Shown: one piece after another, positions 1 through 10,489 of the stretch
How the letters are laid out: the number at the start of each line of letters is the position of its first letter
Position numbering within the stretch: position 1 is the first letter of the stretch
Made by a program: the position numbers and the translations under genes
Notes under the pieces: generated by a model
Told to the model about the DNA's origin: nothing
The model's database searches: none
What the model saw: only the letters and a program-made list of their open reading frames with translations
Assembly: GCA_003056145.1 (NCBI GenBank)
Contig: LSNL01000005.1
Span: forward strand, 20,240 to 84,239
Reading direction: 5' to 3'
DNA: 64,000 nucleotides
Origin: Parcubacteria group bacterium M10-OD1-1
GTDB lineage: Bacteria > Patescibacteriota > Minisyncoccia > Moranbacterales > UBA2206

Positions 1-1
1 A

Positions 2-412
2 TTGATTATCTATTTTATTCCGACTTTTTTTAAAAAAAGATATTCATTCTTTCGTTTTATTGATTCAATTGGCTTAGCTTCCTTTGTTATTATTGGAGTT
101 TCAGTTGCTAATACATTTTTATTTGGTGGTAACCATTTTTCTTTAAACTCTCTTTTGGTTTCTGTTTTTCTTGGAATGTTGACTGGATTTGGAGGTGGAA
201 TTGTTCGTGATGCAATTATGGGTGATGTTCCATATTTACTCAAACATGGCTCAAATTATGTTTTAACTGCTTTTTGGGGGTCTTTAATTTTTTATTTACT
301 GAGTTTTATTAATGTGAATTTAGCAATGATTGTTTCATTTATAACAACTTTATATTTGCGTGAAGTTGCTTCAAAATTTGGATTATATAATAAAGTTATT
401 AAAAAACAATAA
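2..412 (+). CDS. C-terminal part of UPF0126/TRIC-like multi-pass membrane protein (partial, 5' end outside window)
   Basis: Hydrophobic helices plus GGGIVRD motif typical of the UPF0126 (YicG/TRIC-like) domain; the ORF runs off the window start. Confidence 0.45.
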   Translation: MIIYFIPTFFKKRYSFFRFIDSIGLASFVIIGVSVANTFLFGGNHFSLNSLLVSVFLGMLTGFGGGIVRDAIMGDVPYLLKHGSNYVLTAFWGSLIFYLLSFINVNLAMIVSFITTLYLREVASKFGLYNKVIKKQ

Positions 413-414
413 GA

Positions 415-1746
415 ATGAAAAATAAAAAACTAAAACTTTCAAATGAACTTGTCCAGAAAAATGCGGATGGTTTCAACGAAAGTAATAACCCAGAATCAAA
501 AAAGTTAATTTTTCCTTCAGGATTTTTATGGGGGGCTTCTACTGCAGCTCACCAGGTAGAGGGGAATATGAAAAATAATTGGACCAAGTGGGAAAAAGAA
601 AATGCAGAGAGATTAGTAAAAGAAGCAAAGACAAAATGGCAACCATGGCAACAAAAAAAATTTCCAGAAATGTTTGAACCAAAGAACTATATCTCTGGTC
701 AAGCTTGTGATCAATATCATCGCTATGAAGAAGATTTTGATATTGTTAAAAAACTTAATCATAATGCTCATCGTTTTTCTATTGAGTGGTCAAGAATTGA
801 ACCAGAAGAGGGAAGATTTGATGAAAAAGAAATTAAACATTACAGGAAAGTGATTCAGGCTTTACGTGCGCGTGGAATTGAACCTTTTGTAACACTTTGG
901 CATTGGACTAATCCACAGTGGATTGAGGAGATGGGAGGTCCAACCAATAAAAAATTCATTTTTTATTTTGCTCGATTTGCTGAACTAATGGCGAGAGAAT
1001 TTTTTGGATTAGTTAATTTTTGGCTAACGATAAATGAACCGACTTCAGTTATTTCAGCTTCTTATATTTCTGGAATTTGGCCACCACAAAAAAGGAACCC
1101 CCTCATTGCATTAAAAGTTTATAAAATATTATCGCAGGCTCATAATCAGGCATACGAAACCATTCATTCAGTATCTCAAAATGTGCAAGTTGGCTTTGCT
1201 AATGTTTTAGTTTATTTGAATCCAGTTAATAAGTCATCTATCTTAGATAGACTAACTGTAAAAATTGGAAACTATTTTGCAAACAGAAAATTTCTTAATA
1301 TGACTGATGGGTACAATGATTTTTTAACACTGCAATACTATTTTCATTTTGATGTTGCTTTTTTAGCAACCAATAATAACAAAAATGAAGTTGTTTCAGA
1401 TTTGGGTTGGGAAGTTTATCCTGAGGGAATTTATCATTTACTCAAGAACCTGGGAAAATATAACTTGCCTATTTATATTACAGAAAATGGACTAGCAGAT
1501 GCAGAAGATGAGAAACGAGAAAAATTTATTAAGGATAGCTTACTATGGACACACAGAGCCATTAATGAAGGTATTGATGTTCGTGGATATTTTTACTGGT
1601 CTCTTATTGATAATTTTGAATGGGATAAGGGTTTTTGGCCACGGTTTGGTCTAGTAGAAATTAACTACAAGACACAAGAGCGTAAAATTCGTTCTAGTGC
1701 GCTAGAATATGCCAAAATTTGCCAAGAAAATACGGTTAAAATTTGA
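415..1746 (+). CDS. Glycoside hydrolase family 1 beta-glucosidase
   Basis: N-terminal GH1 signature FLWGASTAAHQVEGN, NEP acid/base region (LTINEP) and ITENG nucleophile motif (YITENGLAD); 443 aa is typical for GH1. Confidence 0.85.
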   Translation: MKNKKLKLSNELVQKNADGFNESNNPESKKLIFPSGFLWGASTAAHQVEGNMKNNWTKWEKENAERLVKEAKTKWQPWQQKKFPEMFEPKNYISGQACDQYHRYEEDFDIVKKLNHNAHRFSIEWSRIEPEEGRFDEKEIKHYRKVIQALRARGIEPFVTLWHWTNPQWIEEMGGPTNKKFIFYFARFAELMAREFFGLVNFWLTINEPTSVISASYISGIWPPQKRNPLIALKVYKILSQAHNQAYETIHSVSQNVQVGFANVLVYLNPVNKSSILDRLTVKIGNYFANRKFLNMTDGYNDFLTLQYYFHFDVAFLATNNNKNEVVSDLGWEVYPEGIYHLLKNLGKYNLPIYITENGLADAEDEKREKFIKDSLLWTHRAINEGIDVRGYFYWSLIDNFEWDKGFWPRFGLVEINYKTQERKIRSSALEYAKICQENTVKI

Positions 1747-1869
1747 TTTAAGAAAATTTTAAAATAGGTAGTTGACGAATTTCGTAGTTGTGATAAACTA
1801 ATTAAGTTGTTTAAATAAATTAAATATAGCATTACTGTTTTAAAGAGCTTAAGAAGATTTTTTAAACAC

Positions 1870-1897
1870 TTGACAGATAATTTATATTTGCTAAAAT
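1870..1897 (+). promoter_or_regulatory. Candidate sigma70-like promoter (TTGACA-N16-TAAAAT) upstream of 16S rRNA
   Basis: ttgaca at 1870-1875 and taaaat at 1892-1897 with an A/T-rich upstream region, about 390 nt 5' of the 16S start. Confidence 0.35.
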
Positions 1898-2114
1898 AGT
1901 TAATACGAGTTGCATTTAAGTCTTAATTTCAAAAAAGGAAACTAAATAAACTCTCAACAATCTTTTAAAATACGGGTGAAACAAAGATACATCTTTGTAT
2001 GTAATTACTATTGCCTACAGAGATGTATTTTTTATAACTCCAAAGAAGTTATGGGAAATATTATTTTCCCCTCATTGCTTTGCAGTTATGGGTTGAACTT
2101 TGACAAATAAATAG

Positions 2115-2148
2115 TTTCTCTAAATCTCTACCTTTTGATTTAGAGAAA
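2115..2148 (+). repeat. Perfect 12-bp inverted repeat (tttctctaaatc / gatttagagaaa, 10-nt loop) in the rRNA leader
   Basis: Read directly from the sequence; lies about 135 nt upstream of the mature 16S 5' end, so a leader processing stem or attenuator-like hairpin. Confidence 0.4.
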
Positions 2149-2282
2149 TATTAATCACAATTTTTTGCGATTAGTCCTCGTTCGGTTAATTTATTAATCG
2201 GACAAATTGAGTCTATTAAATTAAGAAATTTATTTTTCTTTTCAACAAAGAATAAACGAAGTAAAATTCGTGCATTCATTTT

Positions 2283-3766
<1,484 letters not shown>

Positions 3767-3986
3767 CTAGGGAGATTTGATAGTAATTCAGAGTATCTTA
3801 CACTAAAGATGTATTAGGTCAAACTAAGCATTGTAAGATATGATTACTATCTGCTGGTCGACTCTTATTTATTTAAGAGAACAGCAATGCCTAACAGAGC
3901 TATATAATCTGTAGTGTGTTTTGTACAACGCACGATAGACTCATTTAGGACTAATCGCATAAGATTGTGAAAACTTATACAATAAG

Positions 3987-4010
3987 GTACCCATTTCGGG
4001 TACTTTTTTT
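3987..4010 (+). terminator. Rho-independent terminator after 16S (gtaccc-atttc-gggtac + T7)
   Basis: 6-bp GC-containing stem, 5-nt loop, then ttttttt. Confidence 0.6.
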
Positions 4011-4191
4011 GTGTTTAAATTAAAAACTTCCCGGAATAGTTTATTTTATGGATTAATAATGAGATAATTTTTTAGTTTATTATTTCTTTCTGTTTTAACT
4101 CTAATAAAACTTAATATTTATTGAAAAATTTAAAAAAGGCTTCTCAATTATGATGGGCCTTTTTATTGTTGTGAATTTGTCACGAAGCTTA

Positions 4192-4761
4192 TTATTTAGT
4201 TAAAATATGAAGTATATTTAAGTTATGCTCAAACAGCTTAACTGCGGTTTTTTCTAGAAATACACCTTTTATTTCGCTAAAAGACAAATTTATTGGTTCT
4301 TTAAACCAAATTTTAATTTCTTCGGCTGGGTGAATGTAATCAAGAAAGCTATTTAGGGTTGTATTTTTTTCTTGTGGCTTATTCCTAAACCATGTTGCTT
4401 TGTTAACTTTTTTCACCTTATAAAAAGAAAGACAACTGTCTTTCTTTTTGATATTGTCGATGCGAATATCAAAAGATTTTGGATAAATCTTTTTGCGGGT
4501 TTCTTCAAAAATAGACTTTCTAAAACCATTAATTGGTTCTGATGGAAATGTTTTTTTGCCAATCTTAATAATAGCTACTACTAATGATGTTCGACAGGTC
4601 TCTAAAAAAATTTGTTGTTTATCTGGAGTAGAATTTTGCCAAGGCGTTGCCATTCTTAAATTAGAAAATAATTTTTCTTCAGCTAATTCCATTTCTCTTT
4701 TTCTAATATTATAAGTAGAAATAGGTATCATTATTGTCTCCTTATTTTTTGAAGTTTTCAA
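4192..4761 (-). CDS. Hypothetical protein (189 aa), no recognizable domain
   Basis: Long ORF with AT-rich codon usage like its neighbours, convergent with 16S; no motif recognized. Confidence 0.35.
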   Translation of the reverse strand: MKTSKNKETIMIPISTYNIRKREMELAEEKLFSNLRMATPWQNSTPDKQQIFLETCRTSLVVAIIKIGKKTFPSEPINGFRKSIFEETRKKIYPKSFDIRIDNIKKKDSCLSFYKVKKVNKATWFRNKPQEKNTTLNSFLDYIHPAEEIKIWFKEPINLSFSEIKGVFLEKTAVKLFEHNLNILHILTK

Positions 4762-4927
4762 TGAAAAGAACTATTTAAAATGATGATGACATAAAATTGG
4801 ATAAAAGTCAAAAATAAAATTGTATTTGGCAAATATCTTGTTTAGGATTAAAATAAAAGCATAAAAAGTTCTTTATTTTTCTTAACAGCTTTTAAATATC
4901 CACTTAAACTAAACGGGAGATGAGGCT

Positions 4928-5269
4928 ATGGGAATAACAACTAAAGAATATACCGGTCAAGAGTTATCAGTAGTGGGATTTATTCATATCACTGGACTAC
5001 CAGTGAAAACGATCATAGGTTGTTTTATTATCTCTCAGTCTCTATGCTCAAAGTATAGGGGGACTATTGGGCATAGGAGAAATCAAGAATTAGTAATAAC
5101 GCTAGAAGGCTATGCCTGGTTAAGAACAGAGCAAAGACTGGATAACCATTTTTTAGAACTATTGCTTAATCTGGGAGTAGATCCGTTTAGCAAAAACCCT
5201 TTAGTTCCAGTGATAGATAAAAGTATGTTAGAGAAAAGAAAGGTAAATCCATTGTGGTATCCAAGCTAA
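4928..5269 (+). CDS. Hypothetical protein (113 aa), weak
   Basis: ORF preceded by gggagatgaggct RBS-like sequence; slightly GC-richer; 3' end embedded in a 12-bp hairpin; function unknown. Confidence 0.25.
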   Translation: MGITTKEYTGQELSVVGFIHITGLPVKTIIGCFIISQSLCSKYRGTIGHRRNQELVITLEGYAWLRTEQRLDNHFLELLLNLGVDPFSKNPLVPVIDKSMLEKRKVNPLWYPS

Positions 5270-5325
5270 ACTTGGATACCACAAATAAAGGACCAGTAGA
5301 AAAATCTACGGTCCTTTATTTATAA
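5254..5325. terminator. Two consecutive strong hairpins (12-bp gtggtatccaag stem; 12-bp aaataaaggacc stem) between convergent genes, a bidirectional terminator region
   Basis: Perfect stems read from the sequence, flanked by T/A runs on both strands. Confidence 0.5.
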
Positions 5326-5349
5326 AATTTTTTCATTATTTAAGTCAAG

Positions 5350-5607
5350 CTATTTTTTAAAAGTTAAATCATTGAAGGTCTCAATGGAAGGTTTCATTTT
5401 TTTAAGAATTATTGCTAATGGACAATAACCTGTTAAAGTGAAATTAGTAATCATTATTCCAATAAATAAAGCTAGATAAATAAAATTTTGATTAATTGTC
5501 CAAGCTAAAATAAATCCAAGAATAATAAGAATTCCACCGATTAAAATAATTATTCTTTCTAAAAACCATTTTGAGGTATTTAGTCTATAAATATTTTTTT
5601 GTTGCAT
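5350..5607 (-). CDS. Small 2-TM membrane protein, DUF2892/YgaP-like
   Basis: 85 aa, two hydrophobic helices and a TGYCPL motif resembling the DUF2892 GxCP signature. Confidence 0.45.
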   Translation of the reverse strand: MQQKNIYRLNTSKWFLERIIILIGGILIILGFILAWTINQNFIYLALFIGIMITNFTLTGYCPLAIILKKMKPSIETFNDLTFKK

Positions 5608-5617
5608 GCTTCTTTAA

Positions 5618-8600
5618 TTAATTAGTTAATAAATGTTTTTCCCAATCTTTTCTCTCAAAAATAAAATAAATAACTGGAAAGACTACTAAAGAGAGAAAAG
5701 AAGAAAGCGATAATCCGCAAATTATTGACCAAGCTAATCCTGCCCAAACCGGATCATTGATAATAGTAAGAGAACCAAGGATAGTTGTCAAAGATGTTAA
5801 AAGAATAGGAAGGAGTCTAGTGGTACCAGTGTCTATTAAGGCTTCTTTTAAAGGGATCCTTTCTTCTTTCATTTCATTTAAATATTCCATTAAAATAATA
5901 GCATTATTAACAACTATTCCTGCCAAAGCGATTACGCCAATCATAGAAGTGGCATTAAAAAACATTCCTTGCGTAACTCCAAGAATAGCAAAGCCAGGAA
6001 GAACTCCAATTAAGGCTAGTGGAATAGTTCCCATGATAAAAAGAGGAATTTTTAATGATTTAAATTGAGCGACTAGGACAAAATAAATCAAGAAAATAGC
6101 CACTCCCATAGCAATTCCTAGATCTCGAAAAACATCTAACGTTAATTTCCATTCGCCTCCAATAGCGATAGAAAAGGTTTCTCCTGTTTTTTGATCTTGA
6201 TAATTAATTTGACGAAGTGACCAAGAAGTTATCTTTCCTTGATGATCAGGAAGTTTATAACTAAATAAAAATTTTAAGGCATCAATAACACTATAAGCTA
6301 CACTCCTATTAGCCATTTCAGCAGTGATATACATTGTTTTTTTTCGGTTATTAGAATAAATGATGGGGACTATAGGTTCTTTGCTTATGTAAGTAACTTC
6401 ACTTAAAGGAATTTTTTTTCCTTGATTATTAGTTAAGAATATTTTATTTAGGTTGGAAAAATTTTTATAATCAGAAGATTTGAATTGCACTAAAATGTAT
6501 TCTTGCTCAAGTTTGGGAGTAGAAGAAATAGCTTCTTTTTCATGATATAACCCTATTTTTTTTCCACTTAAAAGAATTCTTAGGGTAGAAATAATTTGTT
6601 GAGAATTTAATCCAACTGCGGTTGCTTTTTCTTTATTTATCAGAAGAGTTTTTTCAAAAGTATTTTCATTTAAGGATGTTTCAACATCAACAATTTTTTT
6701 AATTTTAAGTGTTTTATTTTCGATATCTCTAGTTATTTGAGAAACTATTTTCTGATTATCACCTTGAATTTTTAGTAGAAAAGTAGAAAGAACTGGTGGT
6801 CCTGGAGGATCTTCAATAAATTTTATTTTAGCATCTGGTTCGTTAGTCAAGAAGGCTAAAATTTTTGGTCTTAGTCGAATAACTATTTTTTCTGAAGTTT
6901 CTTTTCTGTTTTTTTGTTTAGTCAGATTAATTTTTAAAGTTGCTTGATTTTCTCCGATTCTTCCAGTGCTACCTTTAAATAGTCCATTAAAATCGATCAC
7001 TGGTGATTGACCAATATAACTTTGAATACTTTTAATTTCTGAATCTTTAATTAAAAAGTTTTCAATATCTTTACTTACTTGATTAGTTTTTTCTACAGAA
7101 GTATATTGAGGCATATCAAGATAAATATAAAATTGTTGTTTATCAGCTTTAGGTAGCATCCTAAATTTAACTATTTTAAAGACTGGTAAACTAACAGAAA
7201 CTAAGAAAAGAAAAATAATCAAACTAAGAAAATAAATTCTAGCCTTTTTTTGGGACAAAAGAATTTGAAGAAGTTGTCTATATTTTATTTTTATTTTTTC
7301 AATTAATTGCATAAATAAAGAAATATTTTTAGCTTTTTTGATTTCATTTTTTTTAAAAAGATTATCAAGAAAATAAGGATTAATAGAAAAAGCAATAAAA
7401 AGAGAAGCAATTAAAGCAGCTGGGACAAAAAAAGGAATTGGGCGCATATATGGACCCATCATCCCAGTAACAAAATACATTGGATAAAAAGCTAGGATAG
7501 TTGTTAGAGTGGACATAATCAAACCTCCGCCTACTTCATTAACAGCTTCTATAATGGTGGTTTTCCTGTGTTGGGTAGGTTTTTTCTTAATTAAACGATA
7601 AATATTTTCTACTACCACTGTAGCATTATCAACTAATAAACCTAAAGAAAGGATTAAAGCAAAAAGAGTAATCCGATTGATTGTTTGTCCAAAGAGGTTA
7701 CCTACTCCAAAGACAGCAGATAAAGTCAAGGGAATTGAAATAGAAACCACCAAGGCACTTTTCCAACCTAAAAAAAGAAGTAGAACTATAGAAACGATAA
7801 TAATTGATTGAAATAGATTTTTAGTAAGACTCATAACTGCCTTATTAGCCACTTTTCCATCATCTCGAACTATCTGAACATCAACTCCCTGAGGAATAAA
7901 ATTTTGTTGAAGTTTTTTAATTTCTTTTTCAATGTTTTTAGAAACAGTCATTGCGTTAGATCCTTTGAGTTTGGAAATGGCTAAATAAACTGCTGGAGCG
8001 GAGATTTTTTTAGTCTGAAAGCTAACGAATTGAGTAATTTTTCCAGTATCGTACTTTATTTGAGCTATATCAGAAAGATAGATGATTCCGTTAGCATTTT
8101 TTTTAACAATTAAATGAGCTAAATCGTGAGCATTTTGAATATTGCCATTAACTTTGATTTCAAAATTATTTTCTCCAGTCTCGATTCTTCCAATTGGCAG
8201 ACTTAAATTATTTTGACTAATTTTTCGTATAGCTTGCCAAGTAGACATGTGGAAGAAATTTAATTTATCTTCATCTAATAAAACAGAAAGTTGTCGATGC
8301 TGACCACCTTTAATTTCAAATTTAGATGTATTAGGAATATGTTTTAATTTTCTTTCCAGAGAAAATGCTAATTTTCTTAAAGAAGCTTGTGAATAAGAAT
8401 TAGAAGTTAAAGCAATATTAATAACTGGAACTTCTTCAGGATCAATGGCTGTAATTTGTGGGTCATTAGCACCTAGTGGTTTAATATCTATATTGCTAGC
8501 TAATTTTTCTCTGAGAGTGACTTTTGCATTATCCATATTTTCTCCTACGAAATATTGAACAGTAACAATACTCATCCCTCCATCTAGAGATTGAGAAGTC

Positions 8601-8869
8601 ACTTTATCTATTTGAGGAATTTCTTTTAGTTTATTTTCCATTGGACGAGTAATTAACTCGTAAACTTCTTCACTACTAGCACCAGGAAATCGAGTAGTAA
8701 TATTAAAAGCCGGAGCTACAATTTCAGGATTGTATTGTTTAGGCATTGTAATAAAACTAAAAATACCTAAGGAAATAAGGGCTAAAATTGTAACTAAAGA
8801 AAATTGTTTATTTAAAAGAAAAAATTTGGCTAATTTTCCAGCTAGTCCAAGCTTTTTTTGATTGAGCAT
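5618..8869 (-). CDS. Efflux RND transporter permease subunit (AcrB/HAE family, 1083 aa)
   Basis: Characteristic AcrB-like N-terminus (PAFNITTRFPGASSEEVYELITRPMENKL), about 12 TM helices in two blocks with two large periplasmic-loop regions. Confidence 0.9.
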   Translation of the reverse strand: MLNQKKLGLAGKLAKFFLLNKQFSLVTILALISLGIFSFITMPKQYNPEIVAPAFNITTRFPGASSEEVYELITRPMENKLKEIPQIDKVTSQSLDGGMSIVTVQYFVGENMDNAKVTLREKLASNIDIKPLGANDPQITAIDPEEVPVINIALTSNSYSQASLRKLAFSLERKLKHIPNTSKFEIKGGQHRQLSVLLDEDKLNFFHMSTWQAIRKISQNNLSLPIGRIETGENNFEIKVNGNIQNAHDLAHLIVKKNANGIIYLSDIAQIKYDTGKITQFVSFQTKKISAPAVYLAISKLKGSNAMTVSKNIEKEIKKLQQNFIPQGVDVQIVRDDGKVANKAVMSLTKNLFQSIIIVSIVLLLFLGWKSALVVSISIPLTLSAVFGVGNLFGQTINRITLFALILSLGLLVDNATVVVENIYRLIKKKPTQHRKTTIIEAVNEVGGGLIMSTLTTILAFYPMYFVTGMMGPYMRPIPFFVPAALIASLFIAFSINPYFLDNLFKKNEIKKAKNISLFMQLIEKIKIKYRQLLQILLSQKKARIYFLSLIIFLFLVSVSLPVFKIVKFRMLPKADKQQFYIYLDMPQYTSVEKTNQVSKDIENFLIKDSEIKSIQSYIGQSPVIDFNGLFKGSTGRIGENQATLKINLTKQKNRKETSEKIVIRLRPKILAFLTNEPDAKIKFIEDPPGPPVLSTFLLKIQGDNQKIVSQITRDIENKTLKIKKIVDVETSLNENTFEKTLLINKEKATAVGLNSQQIISTLRILLSGKKIGLYHEKEAISSTPKLEQEYILVQFKSSDYKNFSNLNKIFLTNNQGKKIPLSEVTYISKEPIVPIIYSNNRKKTMYITAEMANRSVAYSVIDALKFLFSYKLPDHQGKITSWSLRQINYQDQKTGETFSIAIGGEWKLTLDVFRDLGIAMGVAIFLIYFVLVAQFKSLKIPLFIMGTIPLALIGVLPGFAILGVTQGMFFNATSMIGVIALAGIVVNNAIILMEYLNEMKEERIPLKEALIDTGTTRLLPILLTSLTTILGSLTIINDPVWAGLAWSIICGLSLSSFLSLVVFPVIYFIFERKDWEKHLLTN

Positions 8870-8872
8870 AAA

Positions 8873-10045
8873 TTATTTTATTAAAATATTGTCGTTATTA
8901 TTAAGATATTGCTGTCCATGAGTAATCACAAAATCACCAGATTGAATCCCAGAAATAATTTCTACTTTATTTCGATCAATTGTTCCGAGAGTAACAATTC
9001 TTTTTTTTGCTAGTCCATTCTTAGCAATAAAAATAATATTGTCATAGTAGTCTTTGCGAATAGCTGAGAGGGGGACAATTAAAGTATTATTCTTTTTATG
9101 AATAACTAGAGAAATATTTACCATTTCTCCAAGATTAAGAGAGTTTTTTTCTTCTAATGATATAGTTACTTTAGATTTATGTATAGTTTGATTGGAAACA
9201 GGGGAGATAGTTTTAATTTTTCCTAAAATAGTTTCATTTAGTTGATTATTTTTTCTAATCTGAGCAACCTGACCAATAGAGATCTTAGCGATTAAATTAC
9301 CGGGAATAAAAACTATTACTTCTTTCTGTTGAGATTTTGTTAAAGCTACGATAGGCATTGAGGGGGAGGTTAGAGATCCAGAATTAAGATATTTTTTAGT
9401 GATAACTCCAGAAAAAGGAGCTAATAACCTAGCATTACTAGCTTGGATTTGACTAACTAAATTTTGCTGTTCAGAAAGACGGAGTTGATTTTTAGAAAGT
9501 TGAATTTGCAGGTCACGCATTCTTTGGGCACTTTTTAAACTTTCTCTAGCAACTTCCCAAGTTTTTTTAGTTTTATCTATATTATTTTTATTGCTATCTT
9601 TTTTAGCAAGTTGATAATTCTTTTTGATGGCTTCTTCTTCAACTTTTGCTTCAGTTACTTTTTGAGAATAGAATTTTTTAGTTTTTTGAAGACTTTTTTT
9701 ATTAGCAGAAACATTTTCTTGTGCCAAAACTGATTGTCCTATTAGTTCATTGCCGTTAATAAGTGCAATTAATTCTCCTTGATGAACAAATTGTCCCTCT
9801 TGAACATAGATTTTTGTAATTCGTCCTGAAATTTTAGGAGCTAATTTAATTCTATTTTCTCCTTGGACAATACCAAAAAAATCTTCTTTTTCTTGAATTG
9901 TTCCTTTTTGAATTTTTTCTATGGAAACTGTTTTAAGTATTTTCGGCGTTCTTTCTTGGGCTTGACTCTTATCTTTTATTAAAAACCAACCGAAGATAAA
10001 AATTAACAACAAAAAAAAGAGGAAAATATATTTTTTTATTTTCAT
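8873..10045 (-). CDS. Efflux RND transporter periplasmic adaptor (membrane fusion protein, HlyD family)
   Basis: N-terminal TM anchor, biotinyl/lipoyl-like hairpin, central coiled coil and C-terminal beta-barrel; 4-bp gap to the downstream RND permease, so an operon. Confidence 0.8.
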   Translation of the reverse strand: MKIKKYIFLFFLLLIFIFGWFLIKDKSQAQERTPKILKTVSIEKIQKGTIQEKEDFFGIVQGENRIKLAPKISGRITKIYVQEGQFVHQGELIALINGNELIGQSVLAQENVSANKKSLQKTKKFYSQKVTEAKVEEEAIKKNYQLAKKDSNKNNIDKTKKTWEVARESLKSAQRMRDLQIQLSKNQLRLSEQQNLVSQIQASNARLLAPFSGVITKKYLNSGSLTSPSMPIVALTKSQQKEVIVFIPGNLIAKISIGQVAQIRKNNQLNETILGKIKTISPVSNQTIHKSKVTISLEEKNSLNLGEMVNISLVIHKKNNTLIVPLSAIRKDYYDNIIFIAKNGLAKKRIVTLGTIDRNKVEIISGIQSGDFVITHGQQYLNNNDNILIK

Positions 10046-10489
10046 AAATTTAGAATAAATGATTATTTTTTTAGAATTTCTTTAAAAAGTTTTTGAAGTT
10101 TGTTCTTGTCTTGTTTGTTATATTCATTAGAACATTGAATAAAATTTTCTTCTACAAACCTTTCCATTACATTAGCAACTGCTGAGTGAACAGCTTTCAT
10201 TTGATTGATAATTTTAAAACAATTTGTTTATTAGCGAGCATTTTTTTAATACCTTCTAATTGTCCAATAGCTTATTAATTAATTTTCTTAATTTTTCATA
10301 GATTAGAAATTAAAAAGCTACAGCTAAAAAATAATAACATACACCCGTTGGGGGTGTCAAGTATTAAAGCTAAATTTTACGGAAAGTCTTTTATTTTAAA
10401 TGAAAATAGACTATAATAAAAAAAGTTGATTTAACTGAAAAGTATAAAATGGTAAAAATCATTAGTTTAATAAGGTATAAATAATCAAA

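Noticed and set aside
3767-4190. Search for spacer tRNAs (Ile/Ala) or the start of a 23S after the 16S
   Set aside because: There is no cloverleaf-compatible sequence with GTTC/TΨC-like and anticodon arms, and no 23S 5' consensus. The region ends in a terminator and a convergent CDS.
5757-6068. Antisense or embedded ORFs from the six-frame track inside strong genes. Examples are 5757-6068 in the RND pump, 26645-26947 opposite rplU, 27127-27375 in recR, 30832-31050 in cysS, 39884-40153, 42363-42721, 43436-43668, 47418-47849, 48092-48283, 51176-51370, 52968-53375, 54834-55022, 62778-62993, 15727-15985, 17105-17580, 19422-19613, 23312-23560, 35084-35272, 4493-4714 and 10-243
   Set aside because: Each overlaps a longer ORF with clear homology-type motifs on the other strand or frame. 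The products are low-complexity with no motifs, so they are treated as spurious.
10063-10200. 45-aa minus-strand ORF upstream of the RND operon, considered as a truncated TetR-like regulator
   Set aside because: There is no helix-turn-helix signature, and the adjoining upstream frame is interrupted by stops. It cannot be supported as a regulator gene or pseudogene from sequence alone; it is kept only as a note in the RND finding.
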